Shown: positions 15,875 through 27,017, counted from the stretch's first letter. The stretch: 64,000 bases of DNA from an uncultured Nitrospiraceae bacterium (GCA_963705105.1 CAVPIW010000009.1:96001-160000); one strand, 5' to 3'. The notes: generated from the sequence alone by a model not told the origin. Numbers and translations: made by a program.

Positions 15875-18313
15875 CTATGAGCCCTCCTCCTCAGCCGATG
15901 ACCGTGCCTCGTCCTCGTTTTCCTTCCCCTTTCCCTTCTTTTCCATGATGTCGGCGATCTCGTCGAGCCGCTTCATGACGAGGAAATTGACGGTGTTTTC
16001 CGGATAGGTCCCGTCTTCCTGCAGCGCTCCGGCGGGCATCCCCGTGAGGATCTCGATGCCCTCTTCGATGCGATCTATCGGGTAGATCGAGAATTTCCCC
16101 GCGCTCACGGCGTCGAGCACCTCCTGTTTCAGCATGAGGTGCTTCACATTCCGCTTTGGGATGATGACGCCGTGGCTTCCGTCGAGTCCCCTGATCCTGC
16201 AGAGATCGAAGAAACCCTCTATCTTCTCGTTCACACCGCCGATGGGCTGAACGTCGCCGTTCTGGTCCATCGATCCCGTCAGGGCGATGCTCTGCTTGAG
16301 GGGGACGCCCCCTATACTGCTCAGCAGGGCATAGAGTTCGGCGCAGGTCGCACTGTCGCCCTCGATCATCTCGTAGAGCTGTTCGAAGGTGATGGATGCC
16401 GACAGGCTGAGAGGGCGTTTCGTCGCATAGGTGCTCCCCAGGTAGCTGGTGATGATCATGATCGCCTTCTCGTGGATCCTGCCGCTCATCTTCGTCTCCC
16501 TCTCGATGTTCACGATGCCCGCCTTGCCGATATAGGTGCGGGCCGAGATCCTCGAGGGCTTCCCGAAGCTGTAATCCCCGAGATCGAGAACGGCAAGGCC
16601 ATTCACCTGGCCGACTTTCTCTCCCGCTGTGTTGACGATGAGGGTGTCCTCGACGATCATTTCCCGGAGACGCTCTTCGATCCTGTTGGCCCTGAGCACC
16701 TTTTCATTGAGCGCCTTCACCACATGCCCGGACTGCACAACGGCGCTGTCCGCTTTCTTGGCCCAGTAGTGGGCCTCCCTGAGGAGGTCGGCAACGTCCC
16801 TGAACCTGGTCGAGAGCTTGTCCTGCTGCCCCGCCAGCCGGGCCCCGTATTCGACGATCTTCGCCACGCCGCCGCGATCGAAAGGAAGGAGCTTCTCCTC
16901 CCTCTGGAAATTGGCGATGAAAGCCACGTATTTCTGCATGTTTTCCGGCGTCCGGTCCATTCTCGTGTCGAAATCGGACTTGACCTTGAAAAGCTCCCGG
17001 TACTCGTCGTCGAGATTGTACAGGAGATAGTAGACGTTGGGATTGCCGATGAGGATGACCTTCACGTTCAGGGGGATCGGCTCCGGCTTGACTCCCGTCG
17101 TGCTGAGCAGGCGGTATTGCTCCCAGACGTCCTCGATCCTGATCTCCCGGTTCTTGATGGCACGCTTCAGTCCGTCGTAAGAGAAAATGTTTTTTAGGAG
17201 ATCCATGACGTTCACGACAAGATATCCGCCGTTGGCATGATGGAGGGAGCCGGCCTTGATCATCGAGAAATCGGTCATGGCCATGCCGTACTGGACCTTG
17301 TACTCGATCCTCCCCATGAGATTGAGATAGGTCGGGTTGCTTTCGAAGATGACGGGCGCTCCCGTCAGCCCTCCGTTGTTCACGACAACGTTTGCGGAGT
17401 ACTTGGCGAAGGAGACTTCCTGTTTCGGCATCTTCATGAAGGGCAGCGGCGGTGTCTGCTCCTCCTGGGGCTTGAAATCATCGAGATGAGACAGGACATC
17501 CTCCCGGACGGCATTCAGGTAATCGACGATCTTCTCGTGATCGCCGTACTTCGCCTGAAGCTCCTCGATGAGATGGCCCACCGCCCCCAGGGCGACCTCC
17601 CGTTCGAGCCTGCTCAGCATCTCCTTGACGAGTTTCTCCGCCTCCCTGACGGCGCGGACGATGTCGTCGAGCCGCTCCTGGAGCATTTTGCCGAGTTCCT
17701 CGATCTTCTTCCTCGTCTTGTCGTCGAGGGCTGCGAACTCTTCTTCCGTCAGGGATTCGCCGTTCTTTTTGATCGGGACGATGAGGAGACCCGCCACGGC
17801 CTTCCTGATTGCAAACCCCTTCTCCTGCGCCTCTTCCTCGAGGCTCGTGAAGAGCTCCTTCTGTTTCTGCTGAAACTCCTCGACGATCTTCGCCCGCTGC
17901 TTCTCATACTCCTTCGATTCAAATACCCGCGGGATGTCGAGCCGGAGGGTCTTGACGAAGTCCTCCATGTCTTTCTGGAACACCATGCCCCGGCCCGGCG
18001 TCAGCGATATGGCGAAGGGCGCGTCAGGGTCCTTGAAGTTGTAAACATAGCACCAATCCGGCGGAACGGGCTCCCGGGCCGCCTTGTCCCTGAGAAGCAG
18101 GCGCACGGACCTGAGCCTGCCGGTGCCGTTCTCGCCGAGGACAAAGATGTTGAACCCCCGGCTGTCGAGACTGAGACCGAAATCGAGGGATTGCAGAGCC
18201 CTTTCCTGGCCGATCGCCTCGACCGTATCGGTGATGTCTTCTGTTGTATCAAAGGTGAAAGCGCCCGGATCGCAACACTTATGGAGCTCTTCAGCCGTCA
18301 GCTTCGTTGCCAT
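15875..18313 (-). CDS. Lon-like protease (AAA_32 plus Lon_C; LonB/LonC type)
   Basis: IGQERA, GQVNGL, FEQ.Y..IEGDSA (catalytic Ser), GGVNEKIEGFF (Lys). Confidence 0.92.
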   Translation of the reverse strand: MATKLTAEELHKCCDPGAFTFDTTEDITDTVEAIGQERALQSLDFGLSLDSRGFNIFVLGENGTGRLRSVRLLLRDKAAREPVPPDWCYVYNFKDPDAPFAISLTPGRGMVFQKDMEDFVKTLRLDIPRVFESKEYEKQRAKIVEEFQQKQKELFTSLEEEAQEKGFAIRKAVAGLLIVPIKKNGESLTEEEFAALDDKTRKKIEELGKMLQERLDDIVRAVREAEKLVKEMLSRLEREVALGAVGHLIEELQAKYGDHEKIVDYLNAVREDVLSHLDDFKPQEEQTPPLPFMKMPKQEVSFAKYSANVVVNNGGLTGAPVIFESNPTYLNLMGRIEYKVQYGMAMTDFSMIKAGSLHHANGGYLVVNVMDLLKNIFSYDGLKRAIKNREIRIEDVWEQYRLLSTTGVKPEPIPLNVKVILIGNPNVYYLLYNLDDEYRELFKVKSDFDTRMDRTPENMQKYVAFIANFQREEKLLPFDRGGVAKIVEYGARLAGQQDKLSTRFRDVADLLREAHYWAKKADSAVVQSGHVVKALNEKVLRANRIEERLREMIVEDTLIVNTAGEKVGQVNGLAVLDLGDYSFGKPSRISARTYIGKAGIVNIERETKMSGRIHEKAIMIITSYLGSTYATKRPLSLSASITFEQLYEMIEGDSATCAELYALLSSIGGVPLKQSIALTGSMDQNGDVQPIGGVNEKIEGFFDLCRIRGLDGSHGVIIPKRNVKHLMLKQEVLDAVSAGKFSIYPIDRIEEGIEILTGMPAGALQEDGTYPENTVNFLVMKRLDEIADIMEKKGKGKENEDEARSSAEEEGS

Positions 18314-18346
18314 GTTTCCTCCTTCATCGCTGATTGTGCCTGTGCC

Positions 18347-19252
18347 CTATTTCGCCCTCGGATGGTGCTCGGCGTATACCGACCGTATCCGCTGCATGGT
18401 GACCTTCGTGTAAATCTGCGTCGTCGAGATATCGGAGTGGCCGAGCATCTTCTGCACGGACCGCAGGTCAGCGCCTCCCTCGAGCAGGTGAGTTGCAAAA
18501 CTGTGCCTGAGGGTATGGGGACTGAGCTGCAGGCCCGCTGCGGCGCCGAATGTCTTCAGGGACTGCCAGAACCGCTGCCGGGTCATCGGCCCGCCACGGC
18601 CCGTCAGGAAAAGATACGGCGACTGTCTCTTCTTCTCCTGGAAAGGCCTCAGCTCGGCCATGTACCGCCTGATTTTTTCCATCGCCCGCCCGTTGACGGG
18701 GACAACCCGCTCCTTGGAGCCCTTCCCGGTGACCTTGAGAAACCCCGCATCGAAATGGAGATCGTGAATCTTGATCGAAATGATCTCGCTCGCCCGCAGT
18801 CCCGAGGAGTAGAGAAGTTCGAGCATCGCCGTATCTCTCAGGAAGACCCGGTTTGCGATCTCGACGGCGAGCAGTTTTTCGATATCTCCGAAGTCGAGAG
18901 CCTTCGGCAGACGCTCCCACCGAAGGGGCACCCTGAGGGCTTCCGTCGGGTCTTCTTCGATCACCTTTTCGATGAGGAGGAATTTGCAAAACCCCTTCAG
19001 AGAGGACAGGAGCCTGCAGACGCTCGATGCGGAATATCCCCTGTCCTTCAATATGCCGAGATAGGATGTGATGTGGCCCCTCGTGAACCGGTCAGAGGAG
19101 GTTCCCTGTTCTTTAAGAAATGTGCCGAAGCCCTTCAGGTCCTGGGCATAGGAAGCGACGGTGTTTCTGGACAGGCCCCTCTCGACGGCAAGGTACGCGA
19201 GGAAGCCTGACACGAGCCCCTCCTCCGCCGCCTCCGGGTTCGCGGGTTTCAT
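18347..19252 (-). CDS. xerD: Site-specific tyrosine recombinase XerD
   Basis: [54 protein letters not shown]. Confidence 0.93.
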   Translation of the reverse strand: MKPANPEAAEEGLVSGFLAYLAVERGLSRNTVASYAQDLKGFGTFLKEQGTSSDRFTRGHITSYLGILKDRGYSASSVCRLLSSLKGFCKFLLIEKVIEEDPTEALRVPLRWERLPKALDFGDIEKLLAVEIANRVFLRDTAMLELLYSSGLRASEIISIKIHDLHFDAGFLKVTGKGSKERVVPVNGRAMEKIRRYMAELRPFQEKKRQSPYLFLTGRGGPMTRQRFWQSLKTFGAAAGLQLSPHTLRHSFATHLLEGGADLRSVQKMLGHSDISTTQIYTKVTMQRIRSVYAEHHPRAK

Positions 19253-19277
19253 GACGGCAGGAACCTTCGAAATGGTT

Positions 19278-20066
19278 TCATGACAGGCACCGGCGGACCG
19301 GCAGATATTGGTGGATGCCCGTGGAGCTCTTCATCTGATCATAGAGGATGGCGGCCAGCTCCATAAGGTGTATCGTGTCCTCCCTGTTGTACGTGACGAG
19401 GAGGTCCAGGGCCTCGGAGCTGCCTCTCCTGGCCCGCTCCCAGAGCTTCACGGCGTCATAGCCGTCGAGGCCCCGCACAGTTTCATCGCGGTCAATGCCG
19501 AAGATCCTTTCCAGTTTTTTCAGGCCCCCGTTGATGCCGAGCCGCCGGGCGGCGAAACAGAGATCGAAGTGGGGGATGTTGAACCGCACGCCCGGAACGG
19601 TTCTGAGAAGGAAGGGGACGTCGAAGGCGGCCCCGTAAAAGGTGATGAGATATTTGTAGCCCGAGAGGGCGCTGTTGAGCGCCTCGGCGCTGAGGTTCTC
19701 GCCCCGGATGAAGCAGCGGGCGTCATAGCCGTCATAGAGCCCGACGACGGTGACGTAACCGCCGATGCCGGGCTGAAAACCGTTCGTCTCAATGTCGAGG
19801 CAGACGGCGCCTTGTTTGAAGACCTCGAAGAGCCGCCAGTGCTCCCGCCTCTTCATGATGCGCGCGAAGTACTCGGCGTTTTCGACGGCCAGTTCGACGG
19901 AGGACTGGATCAACTGATTATCGTAGCCGCTCTTGCGCTCGGCGCTGATGCCCTCAATGCCTCCGCAACGGCAGAAATCCTCCCACATCAGGATGCCCCG
20001 GCTCCAGAGTCGCCGTTCCAGTTTCTCGCCGATGCCGCTGAGCATGGAAAAAGTGTGTCGTATCAC
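19278..20066 (-). CDS. RNase H-like exonuclease (YprB/RNase_H_2 type)
   Basis: LDIET, TFYG..FDVPFL, GGLKKLE, YNRED acidic motifs. Confidence 0.85.
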   Translation of the reverse strand: MIRHTFSMLSGIGEKLERRLWSRGILMWEDFCRCGGIEGISAERKSGYDNQLIQSSVELAVENAEYFARIMKRREHWRLFEVFKQGAVCLDIETNGFQPGIGGYVTVVGLYDGYDARCFIRGENLSAEALNSALSGYKYLITFYGAAFDVPFLLRTVPGVRFNIPHFDLCFAARRLGINGGLKKLERIFGIDRDETVRGLDGYDAVKLWERARRGSSEALDLLVTYNREDTIHLMELAAILYDQMKSSTGIHQYLPVRRCLS

Positions 20067-20148
20067 GGGTACTCCTCTTTTTAGCTCTTATTATACTCCA
20101 AAAGGAAGCGATCGGGGGCGGCGGTTATTTATGATGTAAAATATAGAC

Positions 20149-21996
20149 ATGACCCGACCATCATTGATCAAACACCTGGAGGGCCTTGCCCGCCTCGTCC
20201 GTTATTTCATCCTCCTGTCGACAACGGAGGCCCGTTCCGGTCATCCCACGTCGTCCCTCTCCGCGGCGGACCTCATGACGGGCCTTCTGTTCGGCGGGTC
20301 CTTCTTTTTTTCCCCTGATGAGCCCCGTCATCCCAACAACGATCGCCTCATCTTTTCAAAGGGCCATGCGGCGCCGCTGCTCTATGCGCTCTGGGCGGCG
20401 GCAGGAGCGATGACCGAAGAGGACCTCCGGACCCTCCGGAAGTTCGGCAGTCCCCTCGAAGGCCACCCGACGCCCCGTTTCCGGTATGCCGAAGCCGCCA
20501 CGGGGTCACTGGGGCAGGGCCTGTCCGTCGGGCTCGGCATGGCCCTCAACGGCCGCTATATCGACGGGCTTCCCTACCGGACCTATGTGCTCCTCGGTGA
20601 CAGTGAGATGACCGAAGGGTCCGTCTGGGAGGCGATCCAGCTCGCCGCCCATTACAGACTGGACAACCTCATCGGGATTCTCGATGTGAACCGCCTCGGT
20701 CAGCGGGGAGAGACCCTGTACGGTCACGATGTCGAGGCCTACCGTCGGCGTGTCTCCTCTTTCGGTTGGGAGACGGAAGTGATCGACGGACACTCGATGG
20801 ACGACATCATCCCGGCCTTCGAAAAGGCGAGGGAAGTCAGGGAGCGGCCCTTCATGGTCATCGCGAAGACGATCAAAGGCAAAGGTATCTCGTTTTTCGA
20901 GGACAAGGAAGGATGGCACGGCAAGGCGCTCTCTCCTGAGGAATATCGTGAGGCCCTCGGGGAGCTTGGCGGCATCGACAGGGACATCAGGGCAACGGTC
21001 CCGTCGCCTCCCGATCTCAGGCCCGGTCCCCGGGAACGGCAGGGAATCGCCGAACCCGTTTATACAGCGGGGAAGGCCGTTTCGACCCGGAGGGCGTACG
21101 GAAACGCTCTCGTGAGGATCTGCCCGGGATTCCCTGACATGGTCGTCCTCGACGCCGAGGTCGGCAATTCGACCTATGCCGGGCTCTTCGGCGAAGCCTT
21201 TTCCGCGCGTTTCTTCGAGATGTATGTGGCGGAACAGAACATGGTCGGAGCGGCCCTCGGACTATCGCTGAGATCGAAGAGGCCCTTCGTCTCCACCTTC
21301 GCAGCCTTCCTCACCCGCGCCTTCGATCAGATACGCATGAGCAGGTACTCCGATGCCGGCATCGTCTTCTGCGGGTCTCATGCGGGCGTGTCCATCGGAG
21401 AAGACGGCTCTTCCCAGATGGGTCTCGAGGACATCGCAATGTTCAGGGCCGTCATGGACGGCATCGTGCTCTACCCGTCCGATGCGATCTCGGCAGAAAG
21501 GCTCGTCGAGGAGGCGGCCCGGCAGAAAGGAATCGTGTATATCAGGACGACGCGGCAGGAGACACCCGTCCTGTACGGACCAGACGAATCCTTTCCCATC
21601 GGCGGATGCAAGGTCCTCCGGAAAAGTGATCAGGACAGACTGACCGTCGTTGCGGCGGGCATCACGGTCCACGAGGCCCTTGCGGCATATGAAGAGCTGA
21701 AAAGACGGGACATCGATGTCCGCATCATCGACCTCTACAGTATAAAGCCGATCGACACGCCGGCACTCGTCGGGGCGGCAAAAGAAACGGGCTGCCTCGT
21801 GACCGTCGAAGACCATGTCGCCGAGGGCGGTATCGGGGAAGCCGTCAGGAGCGCACTGGCAGTCCATCCCGTGCCGGTTCATTCCCTGGCTGTACGAAAA
21901 ATCCCGATGAGCGGCAGGCCCGATGAACTGCTCGACTATGAGGACATCTCGCGGAAAGCCATCGTGAAGACCGTTCTGGGCTTGCTCGACTCATGA
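20149..21996 (+). CDS. tkt: Transketolase
   Basis: SGHPTSSLS, SKGHAAP, GSLGQG, GDSE..EG TPP motif, AEQNMVG, GEDGSSQM. Confidence 0.95.
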   Translation: MTRPSLIKHLEGLARLVRYFILLSTTEARSGHPTSSLSAADLMTGLLFGGSFFFSPDEPRHPNNDRLIFSKGHAAPLLYALWAAAGAMTEEDLRTLRKFGSPLEGHPTPRFRYAEAATGSLGQGLSVGLGMALNGRYIDGLPYRTYVLLGDSEMTEGSVWEAIQLAAHYRLDNLIGILDVNRLGQRGETLYGHDVEAYRRRVSSFGWETEVIDGHSMDDIIPAFEKAREVRERPFMVIAKTIKGKGISFFEDKEGWHGKALSPEEYREALGELGGIDRDIRATVPSPPDLRPGPRERQGIAEPVYTAGKAVSTRRAYGNALVRICPGFPDMVVLDAEVGNSTYAGLFGEAFSARFFEMYVAEQNMVGAALGLSLRSKRPFVSTFAAFLTRAFDQIRMSRYSDAGIVFCGSHAGVSIGEDGSSQMGLEDIAMFRAVMDGIVLYPSDAISAERLVEEAARQKGIVYIRTTRQETPVLYGPDESFPIGGCKVLRKSDQDRLTVVAAGITVHEALAAYEELKRRDIDVRIIDLYSIKPIDTPALVGAAKETGCLVTVEDHVAEGGIGEAVRSALAVHPVPVHSLAVRKIPMSGRPDELLDYEDISRKAIVKTVLGLLDS

Positions 21997-23334
21997 TGAC
22001 CGGTAGGCCCTGAGCCTCCTCATCAGAGTCGACAGGGAAACACCCAGCGCCTGCGCGGTCCTGCCCCTGTTTCCCCTGAAATGCTCGAGAGCCGCTTCTA
22101 TATACTGCCGCTCGAGCTCTTCAAGCGTCATGCACTTCTCCGACGGGGCGGGCACACACCAGCCGCCGTCGGTCCTGTTTTCACCGGCCTCTTTCATCAG
22201 GAATTCCGAAGGCCTTAGTTTTCTCCCCCTCTGGACGATGACGGCGCGCTCAAGGACATTCCTCAGTTCCCGCACATTTCCCGGCCACGGATAATCCCTG
22301 ATCAGATCGATTTCACCACCGGCAAGCTGGTCCTCTCCCCTGCCCAGGGTGCGGAGGAAATGCGAACAGAGTTCGGGGATGTCCTGGGTGCGCTCTCTGA
22401 GGGGCGGGATGTGGATCCGCAGGACGCCGATGCGATAATACAGGTCTCTCCGGAAGGTCCGCCCGACGGCCTGTTCGATGTCGATGTTCGTCGACGCGAT
22501 GATGCGGGAATGGACGGACCTCATAAGTTCGCCGCCGAGTCTCCTGAACTGCCTGTCCTCTATCACACTCAGCAGCTTGCCCTGCAGGTGATAGGGCATC
22601 TCCCCGATCTCGTCGAGAAAAAGCGTTCCTCCGCCGGCCATCTCGAAGAGTCCCTTTTTGGCGGAAGCGGCGCCCGTGAAAGCACCCTTTTCATAACCGA
22701 ACATCTCCGCTTCGATGAGGCTTTCCGGGATGGTCAGGCAGTTGATGCTGACGAAGGGCTCGTTCCGGAGGGCGCTCCGGTAATGGATGGCCCTGGCGAC
22801 GAGATTTTTCCCCGTGCCCGTCTCTCCCGTCACGAGCACGAGCGAAGAGTTCGATGCTGCGAGGTCAACAAGTCCGAGCACGTCCGTGAGGGCCTTGCTG
22901 CTTCCAACGATATGCGATTCCTCGGATTCCCTGTCACGGAGGATCCTGACCCGGTCTTCGGCGCTTCGCTGCCTGATAATCCGTTCGATCAGCACGGGGA
23001 GCACGTCGAGATAGCTGTGATCCTGGTCCTTGATGAGATAGTCGTAGGCGCCGGCCTTCATCGCCCTGACGGCGACCTGCTCGCTCCCTGCGCCGGTGGT
23101 GATGATGAGGGGGATATCCAGGTTGAGATCGAGGATGTCGAACACTGTACCGTCTCCGAGAAGGTAATCGGAGACGACGGCATCGAAGGCCTCCGATGCG
23201 ATGATACGCCGCGCTTCCTCGACGGACCGGGCCATGCGGAACTCGCATGCATAGCCGCCGCCGGCGAAGAACCTTTCGAAAGCCATCCGGTCGACGAGGT
23301 CATCCTCTATGATCAGCAGATTAACGGGTTTCAT
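21991..23334 (-). CDS. Sigma-54-dependent response regulator (NtrC family)
   Basis: Receiver domain, GETGTGK, GAFTGA, WPGNVREL, Fis-type HTH. Confidence 0.93.
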   Translation of the reverse strand: MKPVNLLIIEDDLVDRMAFERFFAGGGYACEFRMARSVEEARRIIASEAFDAVVSDYLLGDGTVFDILDLNLDIPLIITTGAGSEQVAVRAMKAGAYDYLIKDQDHSYLDVLPVLIERIIRQRSAEDRVRILRDRESEESHIVGSSKALTDVLGLVDLAASNSSLVLVTGETGTGKNLVARAIHYRSALRNEPFVSINCLTIPESLIEAEMFGYEKGAFTGAASAKKGLFEMAGGGTLFLDEIGEMPYHLQGKLLSVIEDRQFRRLGGELMRSVHSRIIASTNIDIEQAVGRTFRRDLYYRIGVLRIHIPPLRERTQDIPELCSHFLRTLGRGEDQLAGGEIDLIRDYPWPGNVRELRNVLERAVIVQRGRKLRPSEFLMKEAGENRTDGGWCVPAPSEKCMTLEELERQYIEAALEHFRGNRGRTAQALGVSLSTLMRRLRAYRSS

Positions 23335-24544
23335 CGACTGCTCCCGGTGCCCCCCCGACGCCCTCGCTGGAAGGCGGCGCACCGTGATTCCCCCGGATGT
23401 CACGGCGCGGCAATGTGAAGAGGAAGGTGCTTCCCTGTCCCTTCTTCGATTCCACCCGGACGAATCCGCCGTGGTCCTCGACGATCCTCTTGACGATCGC
23501 AAGGCCGATACCGCTGCCGGCGTCATGCTCACCGGCCCGGACGGTCTGGAAGATCTTGAAGATCCTCTCGAAGTGTCTCTCCTCGATGCCCGGGCCGTTG
23601 TCACTGACGCCGAATTCCCAGTGATCACCGCCCGGCCTGCACGTGATCCGCACCTCGCCTTCAGGCTTATCCATAAAGGCGATGGCATTCTGGAGCAGAT
23701 TCTGGAAGACCTGGCGGATCTGCGTCCTTTCGCAGGACACCACGGGCAGCTCGTCGTCGATCGTGACCCGGACCGTCACGGGCGGCGAGAGCATGTCGAT
23801 GATCCTCGGCACTTCCGCCGCCAGTGCGACAGGCCGCCTCTCCGACCGTCCCCGCGTCGACCGGGAGTATGCAAGGATCCCGTCGATGAGTCGGCTCATC
23901 TTGCCGGTCCGTTCCATGATATGCATGACTTTCTCCTTTCCCGCTTCCTCCATCCGTCCCCCCTCATCGTCCATCAGCGTCTTCGCGAGAAAACCGATCG
24001 CCCTGAGGGGCGCCTTCAGGTCATGGGAGACGATGGAGGCGAACTCGTCGAGGTCCCTGTTCATCCTCCCCAGTTCCCTGATGAGCAGGGCCTGCCTCTC
24101 CGAAAGAAGCCGGTACCGTTCTTCCGACGCCCCGAGGGCGTCCCTGAGTTTTTTCGCGGCAAGGCATTCGTCGATCGCCTCGCGCAGTTTCTCTGTATCG
24201 AGAGGCTTCTGGAGGTACTTGTTGATGCCGATGTTGATGGAATCGAGGAAATATTCCGTGTCGTTGTATGCCGTCGTCACGATAATCGGCGTGTCCGCAC
24301 CGGTCTGCCTGATGCGTTTCGCCATCGACAGCCCGCTCATGACAGGCATGCGTATATCGGTGATGACGACGTCCGGTTGCTGCTCATGGTACAGCAGGAG
24401 GCCGTCCTTTCCGTCACGGGCCGTGAAGACGCGTTCGTAGAAGAGAGACAAAAACATCCCCATTTCGGTCCTCGTCAACTCGTCGTCTTCGACAAACAGG
24501 ATGGCCGTCCCGTCGGGCGGCGCGTCCCTTTTCTCATCCTTCAT
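23321..24544 (-). CDS. Hybrid receiver-histidine kinase
   Basis: N-terminal receiver (TDIRMP), SHDLKAPL H-box, N/G boxes. Confidence 0.92.
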   Translation of the reverse strand: MKDEKRDAPPDGTAILFVEDDELTRTEMGMFLSLFYERVFTARDGKDGLLLYHEQQPDVVITDIRMPVMSGLSMAKRIRQTGADTPIIVTTAYNDTEYFLDSINIGINKYLQKPLDTEKLREAIDECLAAKKLRDALGASEERYRLLSERQALLIRELGRMNRDLDEFASIVSHDLKAPLRAIGFLAKTLMDDEGGRMEEAGKEKVMHIMERTGKMSRLIDGILAYSRSTRGRSERRPVALAAEVPRIIDMLSPPVTVRVTIDDELPVVSCERTQIRQVFQNLLQNAIAFMDKPEGEVRITCRPGGDHWEFGVSDNGPGIEERHFERIFKIFQTVRAGEHDAGSGIGLAIVKRIVEDHGGFVRVESKKGQGSTFLFTLPRRDIRGNHGAPPSSEGVGGAPGAVDETR

Positions 24545-26118
24545 GTCATCCTCGCTCGGGGAAGCCTTATTGTGAAACGGGCGCCCCGGGGCAGGCTTTC
24601 AGCGCTTAGTCTGCCGTCCATGTTTTTTTCTATAATGATCTTGGCCATGTAGAGACCGATCCCCGTTCCCTTGCCCGGCTCCTTCGTTGTGAAGTAGGGA
24701 TCGAAGATCCTTTCGGAGCCGTTCTCCGGCAATCCCCTGCCGTTGTCTTCTATCCTGACCTCCACGACATCCTCTTTGCCGGCTATGTCAATGGATACTT
24801 CTCCATTATAGCAATCCGGACCTTCGTCCCCGCAGGACCGCTCCAGTATAGTGTCGACGGCATTGTTGAGGATATTGACGACGGCCTGCTGGAATTCACT
24901 CTGAAAACCGGAAACCTTGCATCCGTTGCCGTCGCCGGTTCTCCTGACGTGAACAGCCACCCCGTGGCTCCTGAACTGGGCGGAGAGGAGAGAGAGGGCC
25001 TGATCGACGGAGTCGCACACATCGAAAAGCTCCTTACCCGTTCCCGGCCGGATGAAACTTCTGAAGTCGTCGATCGTCTCCGACATGAAACGGATCTGTT
25101 CCATCGTCTTTTCGACGGTCTGATCGAGGTACGCCGTGTTCAGAACTCCCCTGTGGTATGTGCTGCGGATGTTCTGTATCATTATCGCGACGGCATTAAG
25201 GGGCTGGCGCCACTGGTGGGAAATCGCCGCCAGCATCCCTCCCATGGCGGCGAGGCTCGACTGCCGGATCAGCATCTGCTCCTGTTCTCTCCTCTCGGCC
25301 TCTTTCTGCTCCAGGGCGGCGCCCATGCTGTTGAAGGCCCGCGTCAGCCTCCTGACCTCCCAGTCCCCGGCCTCGTCGATGAGGCCGAAGCGCCCTTCCC
25401 GTTCGATTTCCGTGACTCTTCTCGTCAGTCTGTCGAGAGGGCCGGTGATCCTTCTGACCATTACGAAAAGCAGCAGCGAACCGGCGAGGATGAACGCGGC
25501 GGTCGATGCGATCATGGTCCAAAGCGCCCTTTCGCTCTCCCGGACCATCTCCTCCTTGTCGAGGATGATCGCGGCATACCCGATCGTATAGGAAGGGGCG
25601 CGGGAATCTCCGCCGTGAGCGGCGTCACCGAAGAGATACTCCTCGGAGGATGGCGTATTGACCGACAGGATGGGTCTCCAGAATGCCGCAAACCGTCCCG
25701 ACTCGATGACGATGGCGCCGGGATTGCCCGTGTCCGTGCCCTGGAATCTCTTCATCGCCGCCTCTTTCATCCTCTCCGTGACATCTGCCGGCTGAGGCTC
25801 TTTCCAGGACCTGAAAAGCGGGACCCATTGCCGGTCGAAGACGAGGACCGATTTGACGTAGCGCTCCTTCAGCGTCGTTACCCCGCTGTTTTCAACGAGA
25901 AGCGCATTGCCTGAAAAAACACCGATCGTCGCATTGTCGGCGAGCATTCTCGAGAGCATGTTTCCCCTGTGCGCGATCTCTTTCGCGAGGTCCTCCTGCT
26001 GGTGACGGACGAACAGGAAGATAATTGATACCGCCATTCCCGCGATGAAGAGGGTGAACGTCAGGTAGATCCTGAAGCGGAAGCTCCGGTGTTTCCAGGG
26101 TTCTCCGCCGGCCGTCAT
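24541..26118 (-). CDS. Membrane sensor histidine kinase with HAMP domain
   Basis: Two TM helices, HAMP, ISHQWRQPL, FDPYFTTK..GKGTGIGL. Confidence 0.92.
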   Translation of the reverse strand: MTAGGEPWKHRSFRFRIYLTFTLFIAGMAVSIIFLFVRHQQEDLAKEIAHRGNMLSRMLADNATIGVFSGNALLVENSGVTTLKERYVKSVLVFDRQWVPLFRSWKEPQPADVTERMKEAAMKRFQGTDTGNPGAIVIESGRFAAFWRPILSVNTPSSEEYLFGDAAHGGDSRAPSYTIGYAAIILDKEEMVRESERALWTMIASTAAFILAGSLLLFVMVRRITGPLDRLTRRVTEIEREGRFGLIDEAGDWEVRRLTRAFNSMGAALEQKEAERREQEQMLIRQSSLAAMGGMLAAISHQWRQPLNAVAIMIQNIRSTYHRGVLNTAYLDQTVEKTMEQIRFMSETIDDFRSFIRPGTGKELFDVCDSVDQALSLLSAQFRSHGVAVHVRRTGDGNGCKVSGFQSEFQQAVVNILNNAVDTILERSCGDEGPDCYNGEVSIDIAGKEDVVEVRIEDNGRGLPENGSERIFDPYFTTKEPGKGTGIGLYMAKIIIEKNMDGRLSAESLPRGARFTIRLPRARMT

Positions 26119-27017
26119 CGCATGACCTGCGCTTTCCGGATCGCCTCGGCGCTGATGGTGAGACCCAGGGACCGTGCGACATGCATGTTTAAAAATCGCG
26201 TCACGGCAGGAGGCTCATATTGAACAGACGGTCTGTTCCGAACGTGGTGCGTCTCCCGCACGATTTCCCCGATCTTTCTGCCGATGTCGCGCCCTCCGTA
26301 TCCGACTGAAATGAGTGCCCCCTCCCTGACATACCGCTCGGAGAACGCAAGAACGGGGACCCTCGCCTTCAGGGAAAAGGAAAAGATGATCATCGTCGTG
26401 TCTGCGGTGACCGCCGTCGTATCGGGAACAAGCCAGAGCCCGTCGATCTTCCCCTCCAGGTCCTCAAGCGCGGCGGAGACCTCTTTCGGCAGGGCGATCC
26501 TCCGCTCGACGAGTGTCACCTGGGCCTTCTCCGCAGCGTCCTTCATTTTCCTGACGAGGGGGGCTGACTTGGCAGGGTCATAGATGACGCCGATCCTCCT
26601 GACGGAGGGCACGGTCTCCAGCAGCGCCGACAACTGCGTCTCCGGAGGCGGCATGACATCGACGCCGGTGATATTCTTCCTGTCGTTGAGCGACGACGGG
26701 CGTGACAGCACCATCGTATAGATGATCGGGACGGTCGTGGACCTTGCCGCCCTCGTCAGGGCGTCGCTCCCGATCGCCACGATGATGTCAGGTTTCAGCC
26801 GGGCCGCTTCTCGGGCGATGTTTAACCCCGGGTCGGTATCGAGAGAGATCAGATCCACCTGCAATCCCTGCTCTTCCCTGATCCCCTCGACGATGCGCGC
26901 GTGGAATGCCGATGCGACGGTCTGGACAACGAGCACCACGGGATGCTCATGGGCAGATGCCCGTCCCAGGAGGAGCGGGAGGCACAATGCAGCGATGATG
27001 GCTGCGACGATCCGCAT
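26115..27017 (-). CDS. Periplasmic ABC-type substrate-binding protein (COG2984-like)
   Basis: Signal peptide; RIGVIYDP, DGLWLVPD, YVREGAL. Confidence 0.82.
   Translation of the reverse strand: MRIVAAIIAALCLPLLLGRASAHEHPVVLVVQTVASAFHARIVEGIREEQGLQVDLISLDTDPGLNIAREAARLKPDIIVAIGSDALTRAARSTTVPIIYTMVLSRPSSLNDRKNITGVDVMPPPETQLSALLETVPSVRRIGVIYDPAKSAPLVRKMKDAAEKAQVTLVERRIALPKEVSAALEDLEGKIDGLWLVPDTTAVTADTTMIIFSFSLKARVPVLAFSERYVREGALISVGYGGRDIGRKIGEIVRETHHVRNRPSVQYEPPAVTRFLNMHVARSLGLTISAEAIRKAQVMR

Noticed and set aside
17237..19210. 657-aa plus-strand ORF
   Set aside because: Antisense shadow of the Lon-like gene and xerD in GC-rich DNA, with no recognisable motifs
18347..19252. xerD as the integron integrase
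   Set aside because: Length and motifs are typical of XerD, I see no IntI-specific insertion, and it lies 11 kb from the array in a housekeeping context
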